Below are positions 10,002 to 19,039 of a DNA stretch of 64,000 nucleotides, in pieces. The stretch lies in NCBI GenBank assembly GCA_016934735.1, contig JAFGSG010000055.1, positions 2,111 to 66,110 of the forward strand, read 5' to 3'. The DNA comes from Spirochaetota bacterium. Its GTDB lineage: Bacteria > Spirochaetota > UBA4802 > JAFGDQ01. A program made the translations under genes and the position numbers. The notes under the pieces were generated by a model. The model made no database searches. It saw nothing but the letters and a program-made list of their open reading frames with translations, and was not told where the DNA came from. The first letter of the stretch is position 1; the number at the start of each line of letters is the position of its first letter.

Positions 10002-10472
10002 TCATTCTGAGTCTTTCTCAAAATTCTTAATTATTTTCAGTATCATTTCCGGTTTTTTAACTGTAAAAAGTTTTTCACGCAATTCATCCTTGTTCATAAG
10101 CCTCGCTATATTCGCCAGTGTTTTAATATGCTGTTTCAGTTTGTTTTTTGGTACAAGAATAAAAATTGCTATTTTAACCGGCAGACTGTCGATGGATTCA
10201 AAATCTATTCCATCACCGCAAAAAGCCAGAACAATCACAATGTCCTCGACAGCTTCCGTAGTGCAGTGCGGGATGGCAACTCCTCTGCCTATACCGGTGC
10301 TCATGGATTTTTCCCTTTCAAAAAGGGCGTTTTTAAGAATCTCCCTGTCTTCATTCCTGACATCATTATTCTTAATAGCCAGATCAAGCATTTCTTCAAT
10401 GAGATCCCATCTGTTCGCAGATTGTGCCTTGATTATTATGTTGTTCTTTTTTAAAGATTTGGATAAGATCAT
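10002..10472 (-). CDS. ptsN: PTS EIIA type-2 domain protein (EIIA-Ntr / PtsN-like regulator)
   Basis: GIGRGVAIPHC active-site His motif, about 155 aa, immediately upstream of ruvB. Confidence 0.6.
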   Translation of the reverse strand: MILSKSLKKNNIIIKAQSANRWDLIEEMLDLAIKNNDVRNEDREILKNALFEREKSMSTGIGRGVAIPHCTTEAVEDIVIVLAFCGDGIDFESIDSLPVKIAIFILVPKNKLKQHIKTLANIARLMNKDELREKLFTVKKPEMILKIIKNFEKDSE

Positions 10473-10655
10473 AGGGTATTATTATCTTTTTATCTAGAAA
10501 TATCTGAAAAGTTATATTTTATTATAACAAAAATTTAGTCAAGCTATATATTTTTAACAGTAATGCCCGTTATGAATTCAGAGTGTTTCGAAAAATATTT
10601 TATTATAAATTATTTTTCTTTTTTTAATTGATATAAATACTTATTAATTGCTATA

Positions 10656-10690
10656 TTGACGTTTGTCGCAGAATATATTATGCTATTTTA
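10656..10690 (+). promoter_or_regulatory. Sigma70-like promoter (TTGACG, 16-17 nt spacer, TATTAT/TTATGC) with AAGGAG RBS at 10700-10705
   Basis: Hexamers read directly in sequence upstream of the STAS gene. Confidence 0.4.
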
Positions 10691-10712
10691 AATAGTTCAA
10701 GGAGTTTTTTTT

Positions 10713-11042
10713 ATGATAGAATTTACCGATAAAGGCGATGGCGTTTATGTACTGCAGGTAAAAATCCCGGAAGTCCACACATTAGATGTTCCTGATTTAA
10801 AAGAGAAAATCCAGCAGATAATTCTTAATAATGATATCAAAAAAGTAGTTCTGGACTTATCCAAAGTCAAAACAATCACAAGTTCCGGAATTGGAATCTT
10901 TCTAAACATCAATGAAGCATTAAAATCGAAATTCAGACTTGCCAGCCCCGGCCCGGAAGTTAAAAAAGTTCTGGAGCTTACTAAAGTCAGCACAATATTA
11001 AAAGTATTTGAAACAGTTGAAATGGCTATAAAGAGTTTTTAA
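10713..11042 (+). CDS. STAS-domain anti-sigma-factor antagonist (SpoIIAA/RsbV-like)
   Basis: 109 aa; VVLDLSKVKTITSSGIGIF with conserved phosphorylatable Ser context. Confidence 0.8.
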   Translation: MIEFTDKGDGVYVLQVKIPEVHTLDVPDLKEKIQQIILNNDIKKVVLDLSKVKTITSSGIGIFLNINEALKSKFRLASPGPEVKKVLELTKVSTILKVFETVEMAIKSF

Positions 11043-11094
11043 CCTGTAGTAATATATCTGCATCCATTATCCTGATCTATCATAAAAGATTGTC

Positions 11095-11379
11095 ATGATT
11101 AATAATGAATTTGAAATAACAGTAACACCGAAATCTTCAAAATCAGAAGTATTTATTAACGGAGATAGTATAAAAATATATTTAAACTCACTTCCGGCGG
11201 ACGGGAAGGCGAACTCGGAATTAATTAAACTTTTATCGAAAGAGCTGCATATCGCGAAATCCGGTATTAGAATAATAAAAGGGGAAAAGAGCAGAAAGAA
11301 AAAAATTGCGATAGAGGGGTTTACAAAAGAGGAAATAATAAAAAGGTTCGCTGCTACAGTAAATCATCCAGCTCTTTAA
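11095..11379 (+). CDS. DUF167 / YggU family protein
   Basis: PADGKANSELIKLLSKEL...GEKSRKK motif typical of YggU. Confidence 0.7.
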   Translation: MINNEFEITVTPKSSKSEVFINGDSIKIYLNSLPADGKANSELIKLLSKELHIAKSGIRIIKGEKSRKKKIAIEGFTKEEIIKRFAATVNHPAL

Positions 11380-13207
11380 GGATCGAGTCTTTCTTTTGCT
11401 TTTGATTATTTTTGATCATTCTTTCTTCAACAGGAGGGCGCTCTTTAATCTCCTGTTTTTCTTTTAAAAGATTCGAATCAAAAATAGTCTCTTCTCCTTC
11501 ATTGAACTCAGGATTTCCGCACAGGTCACCCTCAAGACTGAGCCTGTAAATGAAGGCCATAGCGTAGTTATATGCGCAGTCTATTGCTTCGCATACATTT
11601 TTGTTGTTAATTATTTTATCGCCTTCTATTGCCGTCTCGAAACTAATTATATCCTCCGGATTAACTACTATGTTTTTTCCGCTGTTCATATCGTCTATAA
11701 GTGTTTTTAATTCCCTGCACAATTTTTCCATAAACATTTTTATCTGGGCTCTTGCCTCTGCGGCGATATGATTTTTTTCTTTATTGAGGGCTGAAAGCCT
11801 GTTGGAATATTCAATGAATTGAGTGCTGCTGATCGGCTTTTCACTTTTTAATTTGTCAAACGCGGCCAGGGTATTTGCATAGTCGAGCAATCTGTTTTTG
11901 CATTTTCCGATTTCATTGTAAATGTTCGCGAATTTATTTTTGAAATCAAGATTGTCAGAGGATTTAAAAATTGTATTATATTTTATTTTATTTGTTGTGA
12001 GAATAAATGAAAATTCTATGTCGAATTCATTGAAAAGCAGGTTCGCAATATAAATTTTATCTTTTGTATTAACGTTTTTAAATATTCTGTTTTTTGTGTA
12101 GATTTCACCGCTTTTCTCTATATCGATTTTACTCATAAGTTCCAGGCCTTTTTGCACCGGGTCAGGAATGACCTCGTTTTGATCTTCAGCCTTTTCCTTT
12201 CCGTCATCTTTGAAGGAAAGATTGTCATCAAACTGAAGATCAAAAGTCTTTGGAGGACTCTTCTTCCTTTTTCCCGGCATATCTTCCGGGAAGATGGAGA
12301 TTGTATCTTCAATATCTTTGTCGGATATGAATATTCTTTTTTCGTAGCAGCACATGAGCCAGTACAGCCTTGGATATAATTTATTAAAAATTATATAAAT
12401 ATTATTTTTTACCTTTCTTTTGTTTGAAGTAAAAAAAGTAAATTTTTCTTTTTCAAGCCGGTTTTGAAGTTTGAGCGCCCTGTCAAGTGCGATTAAAATA
12501 AGATCCTTATGCTGATTTAGAGGATATAATTTTCTGAATATTTTTGTAAACGGTTCCCTGAGTTCTTTAATTTCCTGAGGAACATCGGGGAAATTATAAA
12601 AGTGTTCCAGTATTTCATTTGAAGTAGTTCTGTCGTAAACATTTGAAAGGAGTTCGATAAGTTCAAAATACACCGGATGAATTTTATCTAATGAGTCGAT
12701 TATTCTCTGCCCGTTTCGCATGTTTTGTTTAAAAATATTAAAGTATATTGTCTGCATCGACAAAAGACACGGATTATATTCTTCATCATATTTTTTTATA
12801 AATTTCGGCATGAAATAATAGCCGGTGAAATCCGCGACATTCATTAAAAACAACCGGAGCCTGATTCTAAATCGCTGTAAAATAAGGCGAAATTGACTTA
12901 TTTCATTGATGTTAAATGATTGGCTCGCAGGTTTGATTTTTTCTTTTGTTTCTAAAGGATATTTAGGCGATGTTTTTTTTTGCGCATTTATGTCCGTGTA
13001 TTGAAACTTATTCTGTTTTTTTTCAGCTTCAAGCCTGTTCCTGAATCGTTTCTGCAGATCCCGGTCAAAATCCGAAAGCTTTCGTTCTTCCTTTTCGTTA
13101 ATTACTTCGCCGCCGGCTTCGACAAATTCGTTAAATAATTTTTTTCTGGTATGCTCGTCCAGCGATGTAACGCCTATATTTTGTTTGGTTTTCTCTACTT
13201 TTTTCAT
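11354..13207 (-). CDS. Hypothetical 617-aa Lys/Asn-rich protein, no recognisable domain
   Basis: Long uninterrupted ORF with RBS context; no Walker, nuclease or TM motifs seen. Confidence 0.5.
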   Translation of the reverse strand: MKKVEKTKQNIGVTSLDEHTRKKLFNEFVEAGGEVINEKEERKLSDFDRDLQKRFRNRLEAEKKQNKFQYTDINAQKKTSPKYPLETKEKIKPASQSFNINEISQFRLILQRFRIRLRLFLMNVADFTGYYFMPKFIKKYDEEYNPCLLSMQTIYFNIFKQNMRNGQRIIDSLDKIHPVYFELIELLSNVYDRTTSNEILEHFYNFPDVPQEIKELREPFTKIFRKLYPLNQHKDLILIALDRALKLQNRLEKEKFTFFTSNKRKVKNNIYIIFNKLYPRLYWLMCCYEKRIFISDKDIEDTISIFPEDMPGKRKKSPPKTFDLQFDDNLSFKDDGKEKAEDQNEVIPDPVQKGLELMSKIDIEKSGEIYTKNRIFKNVNTKDKIYIANLLFNEFDIEFSFILTTNKIKYNTIFKSSDNLDFKNKFANIYNEIGKCKNRLLDYANTLAAFDKLKSEKPISSTQFIEYSNRLSALNKEKNHIAAEARAQIKMFMEKLCRELKTLIDDMNSGKNIVVNPEDIISFETAIEGDKIINNKNVCEAIDCAYNYAMAFIYRLSLEGDLCGNPEFNEGEETIFDSNLLKEKQEIKERPPVEERMIKNNQKQKKDSILKELDDLL

Positions 13208-13390
13208 TTTTAATTTTCCGGAATCTTTTTGCTGCTTTTAAAAATTTTGTATCAATATATCGGTAGATTAATTACGAAGATTTTAGAAGGATTTTCAAAC
13301 CTTCATATATGTTAGGTAGATATGAATGATTTTGTCAATTATAAAATAATGGATCAGCTAAAATATGGCAATCAATAATAAAAAATTTCT

Positions 13391-13425
13391 TGACAAATAA
13401 TTAACTTTTTATACTTTGATATCAT
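13391..13425 (+). promoter_or_regulatory. Candidate sigma70 promoter (TTGACA, 15-17 nt spacer, TATACT) driving the leader upstream of 13688
   Basis: cttgacaaataattaactttttatactttg. Confidence 0.35.
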
Positions 13426-13524
13426 TAGTTGAAATTATTAATATTAACTCATTAAGGTAAAAGCAGAAAATGATCAATAATCAATCCATGGCTCACTCCT
13501 ATTATTATTTTTTTTACTACTCAA

Positions 13525-13605
13525 CAGTATGAGGACTGCTCATGGAATGATTGATTTCTATAGTCGATATTAAGCCGTGGGCAGAAACCCACGGCTTTTT
13601 TATTT
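13525..13605 (+). promoter_or_regulatory. Conserved leader element copy A: ...atgaggactgctcatggaatga...tcgatattaa followed by intrinsic terminator (stem 13574-13581/13588-13595, T-tract 13596-13601); candidate attenuator/riboswitch
   Basis: About 80% identical to copy B at 15108-15190; gctcatgg (13538-13545) can pair with the terminator 5' arm ccgtgggc (13575-13582) using two GU wobbles, giving an antiterminator alternative. Confidence 0.55.
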
Positions 13606-13687
13606 TTTAGGCCTTTTAAAAAAATAAAGAAAGTAAATAGACTTTCTTAGAATTAATTAAAATATAAATAAAACAACAGAGGTAGGT

Positions 13688-14935
13688 ATGGCAGAAGAAA
13701 AAAAAGTTGCAAGAAAGAAGCTTAGAACAGCTGAAGCTATGGGAAAATTTATGGCAGATTATTATTATGAACTGGATAATGCTGCAAAGACCGGTGAGAA
13801 AAAGATTGCGTGGTGTACAAGCGTTGGTCCGGCTGAAATATTAAGAGCTATGGGATTTCTTGTTTATTTCCCTGAGACGCATTCAGCAATGCTCGGCAGT
13901 TCAAGAATGGCCACTGATTATATTCCATATGCAAATGCCCTGGACTATTCTCCCGAAGTATGTTCGTATATGACTGCTGACATCGGAGCTTTTTTACAGG
14001 GTGTGACCCCTTTATCAAAAGCGTTTCCAGGAATACAAAGCATACCTAAACCGGATGTTCTGGTATTTAACACAAATCAATGCAGGGACGTTCGTGACTG
14101 GTTTTCCTGGTTTGCGAGAAGGTTCAATGTTCCGATCGTTGGAGTTGACGGGAATAGACATGTAAAAGTAGTGACTGATACTATTGTTGAGTCAAATGCA
14201 AAGCAAATGGAAAATCTTATTCCGCCTCTTGAAAAAGTAATTGGTAAAAAATTTGATATTGATAAACTTAGGGAAGCAGTAGCGCTTTCACGGAAATGTT
14301 CTAACCTATGGAAGGATATTCTTGAAGTTGCATCAGTTAAACCGTCTCCTCTGACATTCTTTGACGGCTGCACGCTTATGGGGCCGGCAGTTGTTGCCAG
14401 AGGGACACAGCCCGCTGTAGATATATATGAGCAGCTTCTCGAGGAGATGAAGGAAAGGGTTAAAGATAAGGAAGGGGCTGTTGAGAACGAAAAGTTCAGG
14501 ATTTACTGGGACGGAATGCCTGTTTGGGGAAGATTGAGAGCACATTCTGAATTATTCGCAGGATTGAACGCGAATGTGCTCGCATCCACGTATTGCAGCT
14601 CATGGATATTCACCGCTTTAGATCCGGCTGAACCGTTCAAAAGCATGGCAAGGGCATATAGTGAGCTTTTTAATTCCAGGTCTGACGAGTATAAGGAAGA
14701 ATATATCAAAGAAAAAATAAAATTATATGGTATAGACGGTATAATCTTCCATGATGCAAAGACATGTCCGTATAATACAAACTGCCGTTACGGTATGTCA
14801 AAAAGACTTGAGAATGAAACCGGTATACCAAGCCTTATCATCAATGGTGATTTAAATGACCTTCGTCTGGTTTCGGATGAGCAGATGAAAACCAATGTCG
14901 AAGCATTTATTGAACAGCTCGCGGAGAACAAATAA
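13688..14935 (+). CDS. 2-hydroxyacyl-CoA dehydratase family protein (HgdB/BcrB-like beta-type subunit), single-subunit double-cubane-cluster-protein-like
   Basis: KIAWCTSVGPAEILRAMGFLVYFPE N-terminal signature of the HGD-D family; 415 aa; multiple conserved Cys; no paired alpha subunit adjacent. Confidence 0.7.
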   Translation: MAEEKKVARKKLRTAEAMGKFMADYYYELDNAAKTGEKKIAWCTSVGPAEILRAMGFLVYFPETHSAMLGSSRMATDYIPYANALDYSPEVCSYMTADIGAFLQGVTPLSKAFPGIQSIPKPDVLVFNTNQCRDVRDWFSWFARRFNVPIVGVDGNRHVKVVTDTIVESNAKQMENLIPPLEKVIGKKFDIDKLREAVALSRKCSNLWKDILEVASVKPSPLTFFDGCTLMGPAVVARGTQPAVDIYEQLLEEMKERVKDKEGAVENEKFRIYWDGMPVWGRLRAHSELFAGLNANVLASTYCSSWIFTALDPAEPFKSMARAYSELFNSRSDEYKEEYIKEKIKLYGIDGIIFHDAKTCPYNTNCRYGMSKRLENETGIPSLIINGDLNDLRLVSDEQMKTNVEAFIEQLAENK

Positions 14936-15107
14936 AATATTATATTGTAGTTAAAAATAAATATGAATATGATAATAATAAAAATTAAATTTTTATTACG
15001 AACTTTTATTTTTGTCGATGTGATGAGACAGTTTACTAATGTGAGAAATTTTATAGCTGAAGAACTGAACTCAATGATTTATTTTTATTATTATTACTAT
15101 TATTATC

Positions 15108-15190
15108 CTTATGGATGAAGACTGCTCATGGAATGAAATTCTATATAATCGAATTAAAACCGTGGGCGGGAGCCCACGGTTTTTTTTATT
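15108..15190 (+). promoter_or_regulatory. Conserved leader element copy B with intrinsic terminator (stem 15158-15165/15172-15179, T-tract from 15180)
   Basis: ggatgaagactgctcatggaatgaaattctatataatcgaattaaaaccgtgggcgggagcccacggttttttttt; the loop differs from copy A while the stem is preserved. Confidence 0.55.
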
Positions 15191-15349
15191 TATAGGGTCG
15201 TTTCAAAAGGAAGTTAACTGAGGTTTCTCAGCGGTTATAAATAATCATCACAATAATAGAGGTTAATAAAGCTGAGATAAAGAGTAAATGAAAGCATTGT
15301 TTGAACAAATCATAAAAATTAAAAAATTAAATCAAAAGGAAAAAATAAT

Positions 15350-16285
15350 ATGGAAACTACATTAACAAAAATTAAACCGATACAACATACTGAACATTTT
15401 TTTCAGCTGGGAACCCCATTCTTCCCCGTGTACTTGTCCCTTGGAAAAGAGGCAATGCTCATAGAGGGCGGTACCGGAGGAACCCTTGATCTTGTCAAGG
15501 ATCAGATCGGGGAACTGGGACTTGATATCAATAAAATAAAGTATATTGCTCTCACACATTCACATGGAGATCATATCGGGCTTGTTCCGCATTTGATTCC
15601 GGAATGGAAACATGTTAAACTGGCGGCAAGTCCCAAGTCTGTGGATTTTTTAAAAGATCCGAATGTGATTAAACAGTTTGTAGAGATGGATAATTTTATT
15701 GCCGAGAGATTGGTGTCCCTGGGCGAGACATATTCCAAACCTCCTAAACTTGAAAAATATGAATTTAATGTTGGAAAAGTAATCGATGAAGGGGATACTC
15801 TGGATTTAGGCGGCGGTGTCAGATGGAGGGTTGTCAGGATAACCGGCCATTCTCCGTGCCAGATCGCATATTTTGAAGAGAAAGAAGGCACTTTGGTTGT
15901 CGGCGACGGCACAGGGTTGTATTTTCCTAGGATAGACGCTTTCTGGCCCGAGTATTTTTTATCACTTGAACAGTACTGTGCAAGCATGCACAAGCTGTCT
16001 GCTTTTAATGGTAAGAGGGTTGCTTTGAGCCATTTCGGAGTGGTTGACGGAAATTCCAGAGAATTTATAAAAAAGTCGTTGAAAGCTACAGAGGCATATC
16101 ATAATGAGATGATTGAAAGAATCAGGAACGGAGAAGACCCGAATGTGGTTGCACTGGAGAAAACAAAATGGGTACTGAGCAATCATAATTATATGTCGTT
16201 TGAGATAACCGAACAGATGGCCAGACTGCTCATAAAACGTTCGCAGAAAGATGCGGATAAGTCAGGGATGTTTGCCGGTTTGTAA
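15350..16285 (+). CDS. MBL-fold metallo-hydrolase
   Basis: THSHGDHIG (HxHxDH) zinc motif, later His/Asp ligands. Confidence 0.75.
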   Translation: METTLTKIKPIQHTEHFFQLGTPFFPVYLSLGKEAMLIEGGTGGTLDLVKDQIGELGLDINKIKYIALTHSHGDHIGLVPHLIPEWKHVKLAASPKSVDFLKDPNVIKQFVEMDNFIAERLVSLGETYSKPPKLEKYEFNVGKVIDEGDTLDLGGGVRWRVVRITGHSPCQIAYFEEKEGTLVVGDGTGLYFPRIDAFWPEYFLSLEQYCASMHKLSAFNGKRVALSHFGVVDGNSREFIKKSLKATEAYHNEMIERIRNGEDPNVVALEKTKWVLSNHNYMSFEITEQMARLLIKRSQKDADKSGMFAGL

Positions 16286-16296
16286 AATATTATACT

Positions 16297-16340
16297 GACG
16301 CAATGCATTACACTAATGATGCGATTCATTGCGTCTTTTC
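16297..16340 (+). terminator. Hairpin gacgcaatg...cattgcgtc followed by TTTTC between the MBL gene and the activase (possible attenuator/partial terminator)
   Basis: 9-bp perfect stem 16297-16305/16327-16335 read from sequence. Confidence 0.4.
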
Positions 16341-16369
16341 GCAAAACAATACAGAATATGGAGGCCTTC

Positions 16370-17146
16370 ATGCAGTCAAAGCAAGTATACGTTGGAGTTG
16401 ACATCGGATCTTCAAGAACAAAAGTAGCAGTGTTAGATGCGGATAAAAAATTTATAGGACGCGCTATTTTACACTCGGGTACGGATTTCGGCGGCACGGC
16501 TGAAGTCTGTCTTGAGTCTGCATTGAAGATGGCAGATGCTTCCACATATGACATTATTAAAACAATATCGACCGGCTATGGCAGAAAGAACGTTTCGTTT
16601 TCGAATGATACGAAAACCGAGATTGCATGCCATTCCGCAGGCTGTTATTATTATTTTCCCGAAGCAATAACAGTGATCGATATAGGCGGTCAGGACAATA
16701 AGATCATAAAGATAGATAAAAACGGCAGACGTATTAATTTTAAGATGAATAGAAAATGTGCAGCCGGGACTGGAGCTTTTCTGGAAGAGATGTCCATGCG
16801 GCTCAATATACCGCTTGAGGACATGAATGATCTGGCAAGTCAGTCCACTGACATGGTTAAACTCGGCAGTTTCTGCACGGTTTTCTCGGCCACTGAAGTG
16901 CTTGAAAACATCCGGCATGGGAAAAAAGTACCCGATATTGTTAAGGGTCTTTTCTATTCAGTGATCAAACGCGTTCTCGAGATGGATTCTCTTACCGATA
17001 ATGTAGTAATGACAGGCGGGGTCGTTGCACATAACCTCTATCTGGTCTCCATGACAGAAGAAATACTTAAGAGAAAGATATTAGTCCCGGAGTATCCCCA
17101 GTTTACAGGAGCCATTGGCGCAGCTCTCTTTGCTATGCAGGAATAA
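16370..17146 (+). CDS. CoA-substrate-specific enzyme activase (BadF/BadG/BcrA/BcrD-type ATPase; HgdC / DCCP-reductase-like)
   Basis: MQSKQVYVGVDIGSSRTKVAV, IDIGGQDNKII, CAAGTGAFLE; GGAGG RBS at 16350-16354 favours start 16370 over the ORF-track start 16316. Confidence 0.8.
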   Translation: MQSKQVYVGVDIGSSRTKVAVLDADKKFIGRAILHSGTDFGGTAEVCLESALKMADASTYDIIKTISTGYGRKNVSFSNDTKTEIACHSAGCYYYFPEAITVIDIGGQDNKIIKIDKNGRRINFKMNRKCAAGTGAFLEEMSMRLNIPLEDMNDLASQSTDMVKLGSFCTVFSATEVLENIRHGKKVPDIVKGLFYSVIKRVLEMDSLTDNVVMTGGVVAHNLYLVSMTEEILKRKILVPEYPQFTGAIGAALFAMQE

Positions 17147-17184
17147 TTACCCTGATGTAAAATCATACACCAAATTAAAATATA

Positions 17185-17250
17185 ATACCCCGGTTACGCC
17201 GAAGGTGGAAGCCGGTGCGGTAGCACCGGGGGCTTGCTCTGAGAAATTTA
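17185..17250 (+). ncRNA. GC-rich structured element copy 1 (taataccccgg-ttacg-ccgaaggtgg-aa-gccgg-[ggtgc ggta gcacc]-ggggg) in the 5' leader of the acyl-CoA ligase
   Basis: Roughly 65% identical to the reverse complement of 21365-21445; hairpin ggtgc/gcacc here corresponds to ggta/tacc in copy 2 (compensatory change). Confidence 0.45.
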
Positions 17251-17417
17251 ATTAAAAATTATATTATACGGTATGTTTAATGTGTAGACATCGAGTTAAT
17301 ATGTTCAGTCGGTTTTTTTTATTGCATTTTTAGGGCTATTTAAAAACATGTATATGAAAAATAAATATTTTTATTATAAATCATTTTACGTATTAAATTC
17401 GTCACAGGAGTAACAAT

Positions 17418-18950
17418 ATGAACGTAGCTACAAATTTAGAGATGTCAGCAAGATATTTCCCTAAGAATCCGGCACTAAGCATGGATGGCAGGGAGATTAC
17501 TTATGCGCAGTTTAACGAAGAAGCAAACCGTGTCGCAACTGCTTTTTTAAAACTCGGCATGAAGGCAGGAGACCACATTGGTATTTGCGCGCCTAATTCG
17601 CCAGAATGGCTTATTCTATACTTCGGCATATTGAAAATGGGTGCAATTGCAATAACACTCGGATTTCAGTTAAGCCCGGATGAGCTTCGTATGCTTCTCG
17701 GACATGCCAAACCTAGAATGCTTTTTACCACAGATGCTCGGTTAAAAGATATTGAAAGCCTCAGGGGCGGAAACGGGATTGAGAAAGTCATATGCCCGAA
17801 CGGCGATATGTCCTATGAAAAGCTGGTTGCTATGGGCAGTGCAAAATTCGAAGCAGTTTATCGTGACCGTGATGATACGGCCTCTGTACTTTATACCGGA
17901 GGCACTACAGGTATACCCAAAGGTGTAATGACTACTCATCTTAATATCAATACTTCAGCACATAATGTAGCATACAGCGAAAGGTCAACCGAAAAAGACA
18001 GGGCTTTGTGCTTTTTGCCGTTTAATCATGTATTTGGGCAGATGCATGTTATGAATGCGACGGTTTTCAGTGCAGGCTGTCTCGAGATACTGTCTGCTCC
18101 GGATATGGATAAAATGCTGGGTCTTATAAAAGCCGGCAGAATAACAAAACTTTTTTCAGTTCCTACAGTTTATACCCGTCTGTTAACTTTACCGGATGTG
18201 AGACAACTGATGTCAAAAGTCCGTTACTGTTTTTCTGCAGGAGCTGCAATGGCAGCCGAGATAGTCCGTCAATGGAAAGAATCGACAGGGCTTTTGATAT
18301 TTGAAGGTTACGGACTCACCGAGACAGCCTCGGCCGTAACATATAATCATTATTATGAACATGTTATTGGTTCCATAGGCGCCACTGTTCCGGGAATTGA
18401 GACTCAGATCAGAGATATCTCTACCGGAGAAGCTCTGGCGGTTGGGAAAGAAGGCGAGATCTGCATCAGAGGGAATAATATCATGAAAGGCTATCTGAAT
18501 AATCCTCAGGCAACGTATGATACATTCTGGCATCTGGATAAGGACAAGAAAAGACATGAAGACCAGTGGTTTAGATCCGGAGATGTGGGATATATGGACG
18601 AGCGCGGGTATTTTTATATTGTTGACCGCCTGAAAGACATGATAATTACCGGCGGAGAGAATGTATACTCAACAGAAGTAGAAGAGGCTATCTATAAAAA
18701 GCCGGAAATTCAGGAATGCGCAGTAATAGGCATACCTGACAGGGAATGGGGAGAAAAGGTAGCTGCCTTTATGATAGTTAAACCCGGAATGAATGTGACA
18801 GGCGATGAGATGAAAGCATTTCTGAAAAAAACGCTGGCACCATTCAAGGTTCCCAAGATTTATGAGTTTGTAAAGGATTTCCCCAGAACCGGTAAAGGTT
18901 CTATTCTAAAACGCGAAATAAGGGCACAGTTTACCGGCGGGAAGAAGTAA
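17418..18950 (+). CDS. AMP-dependent acyl-CoA synthetase/ligase (long-chain-fatty-acid--CoA ligase-like)
   Basis: YTGGTTGIPKGV AMP-binding motif, GYGLTET, later invariant Lys in FPRTGKGSILKRE. Confidence 0.85.
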   Translation: MNVATNLEMSARYFPKNPALSMDGREITYAQFNEEANRVATAFLKLGMKAGDHIGICAPNSPEWLILYFGILKMGAIAITLGFQLSPDELRMLLGHAKPRMLFTTDARLKDIESLRGGNGIEKVICPNGDMSYEKLVAMGSAKFEAVYRDRDDTASVLYTGGTTGIPKGVMTTHLNINTSAHNVAYSERSTEKDRALCFLPFNHVFGQMHVMNATVFSAGCLEILSAPDMDKMLGLIKAGRITKLFSVPTVYTRLLTLPDVRQLMSKVRYCFSAGAAMAAEIVRQWKESTGLLIFEGYGLTETASAVTYNHYYEHVIGSIGATVPGIETQIRDISTGEALAVGKEGEICIRGNNIMKGYLNNPQATYDTFWHLDKDKKRHEDQWFRSGDVGYMDERGYFYIVDRLKDMIITGGENVYSTEVEEAIYKKPEIQECAVIGIPDREWGEKVAAFMIVKPGMNVTGDEMKAFLKKTLAPFKVPKIYEFVKDFPRTGKGSILKREIRAQFTGGKK

Positions 18951-18985
18951 ATATTAAAATAAGTATAAATTCATTCAAAGATAAT

Positions 18986-19016
18986 AAAGCCTGCGGTTTT
19001 CCCGCAGGCTTTATTA
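18986..19016. terminator. Bidirectional intrinsic terminator (gcctgcgg tttt c ccgcaggc flanked by A and T runs) between convergent ligase and DAHP synthase genes
   Basis: 8-bp GC stem read from sequence with T-tract on both strands. Confidence 0.7.
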
Positions 19017-19039
19017 TTGGTTTATTTAATATATTAAAT

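Noticed and set aside
13528-13573. Leader-peptide-based attenuation for element A
   Set aside because: No Shine-Dalgarno, and the reading frame is not conserved in copy B; the RNA-level antiterminator pairing is the better explanation. Kept as a low-interest note only.
16316-16369. Longer N-terminus for the activase (ORF-track start 16316)
   Set aside because: The GGAGG Shine-Dalgarno at 16350-16354 and homology beginning at MQSKQVYVGVDIG favour the start at 16370.
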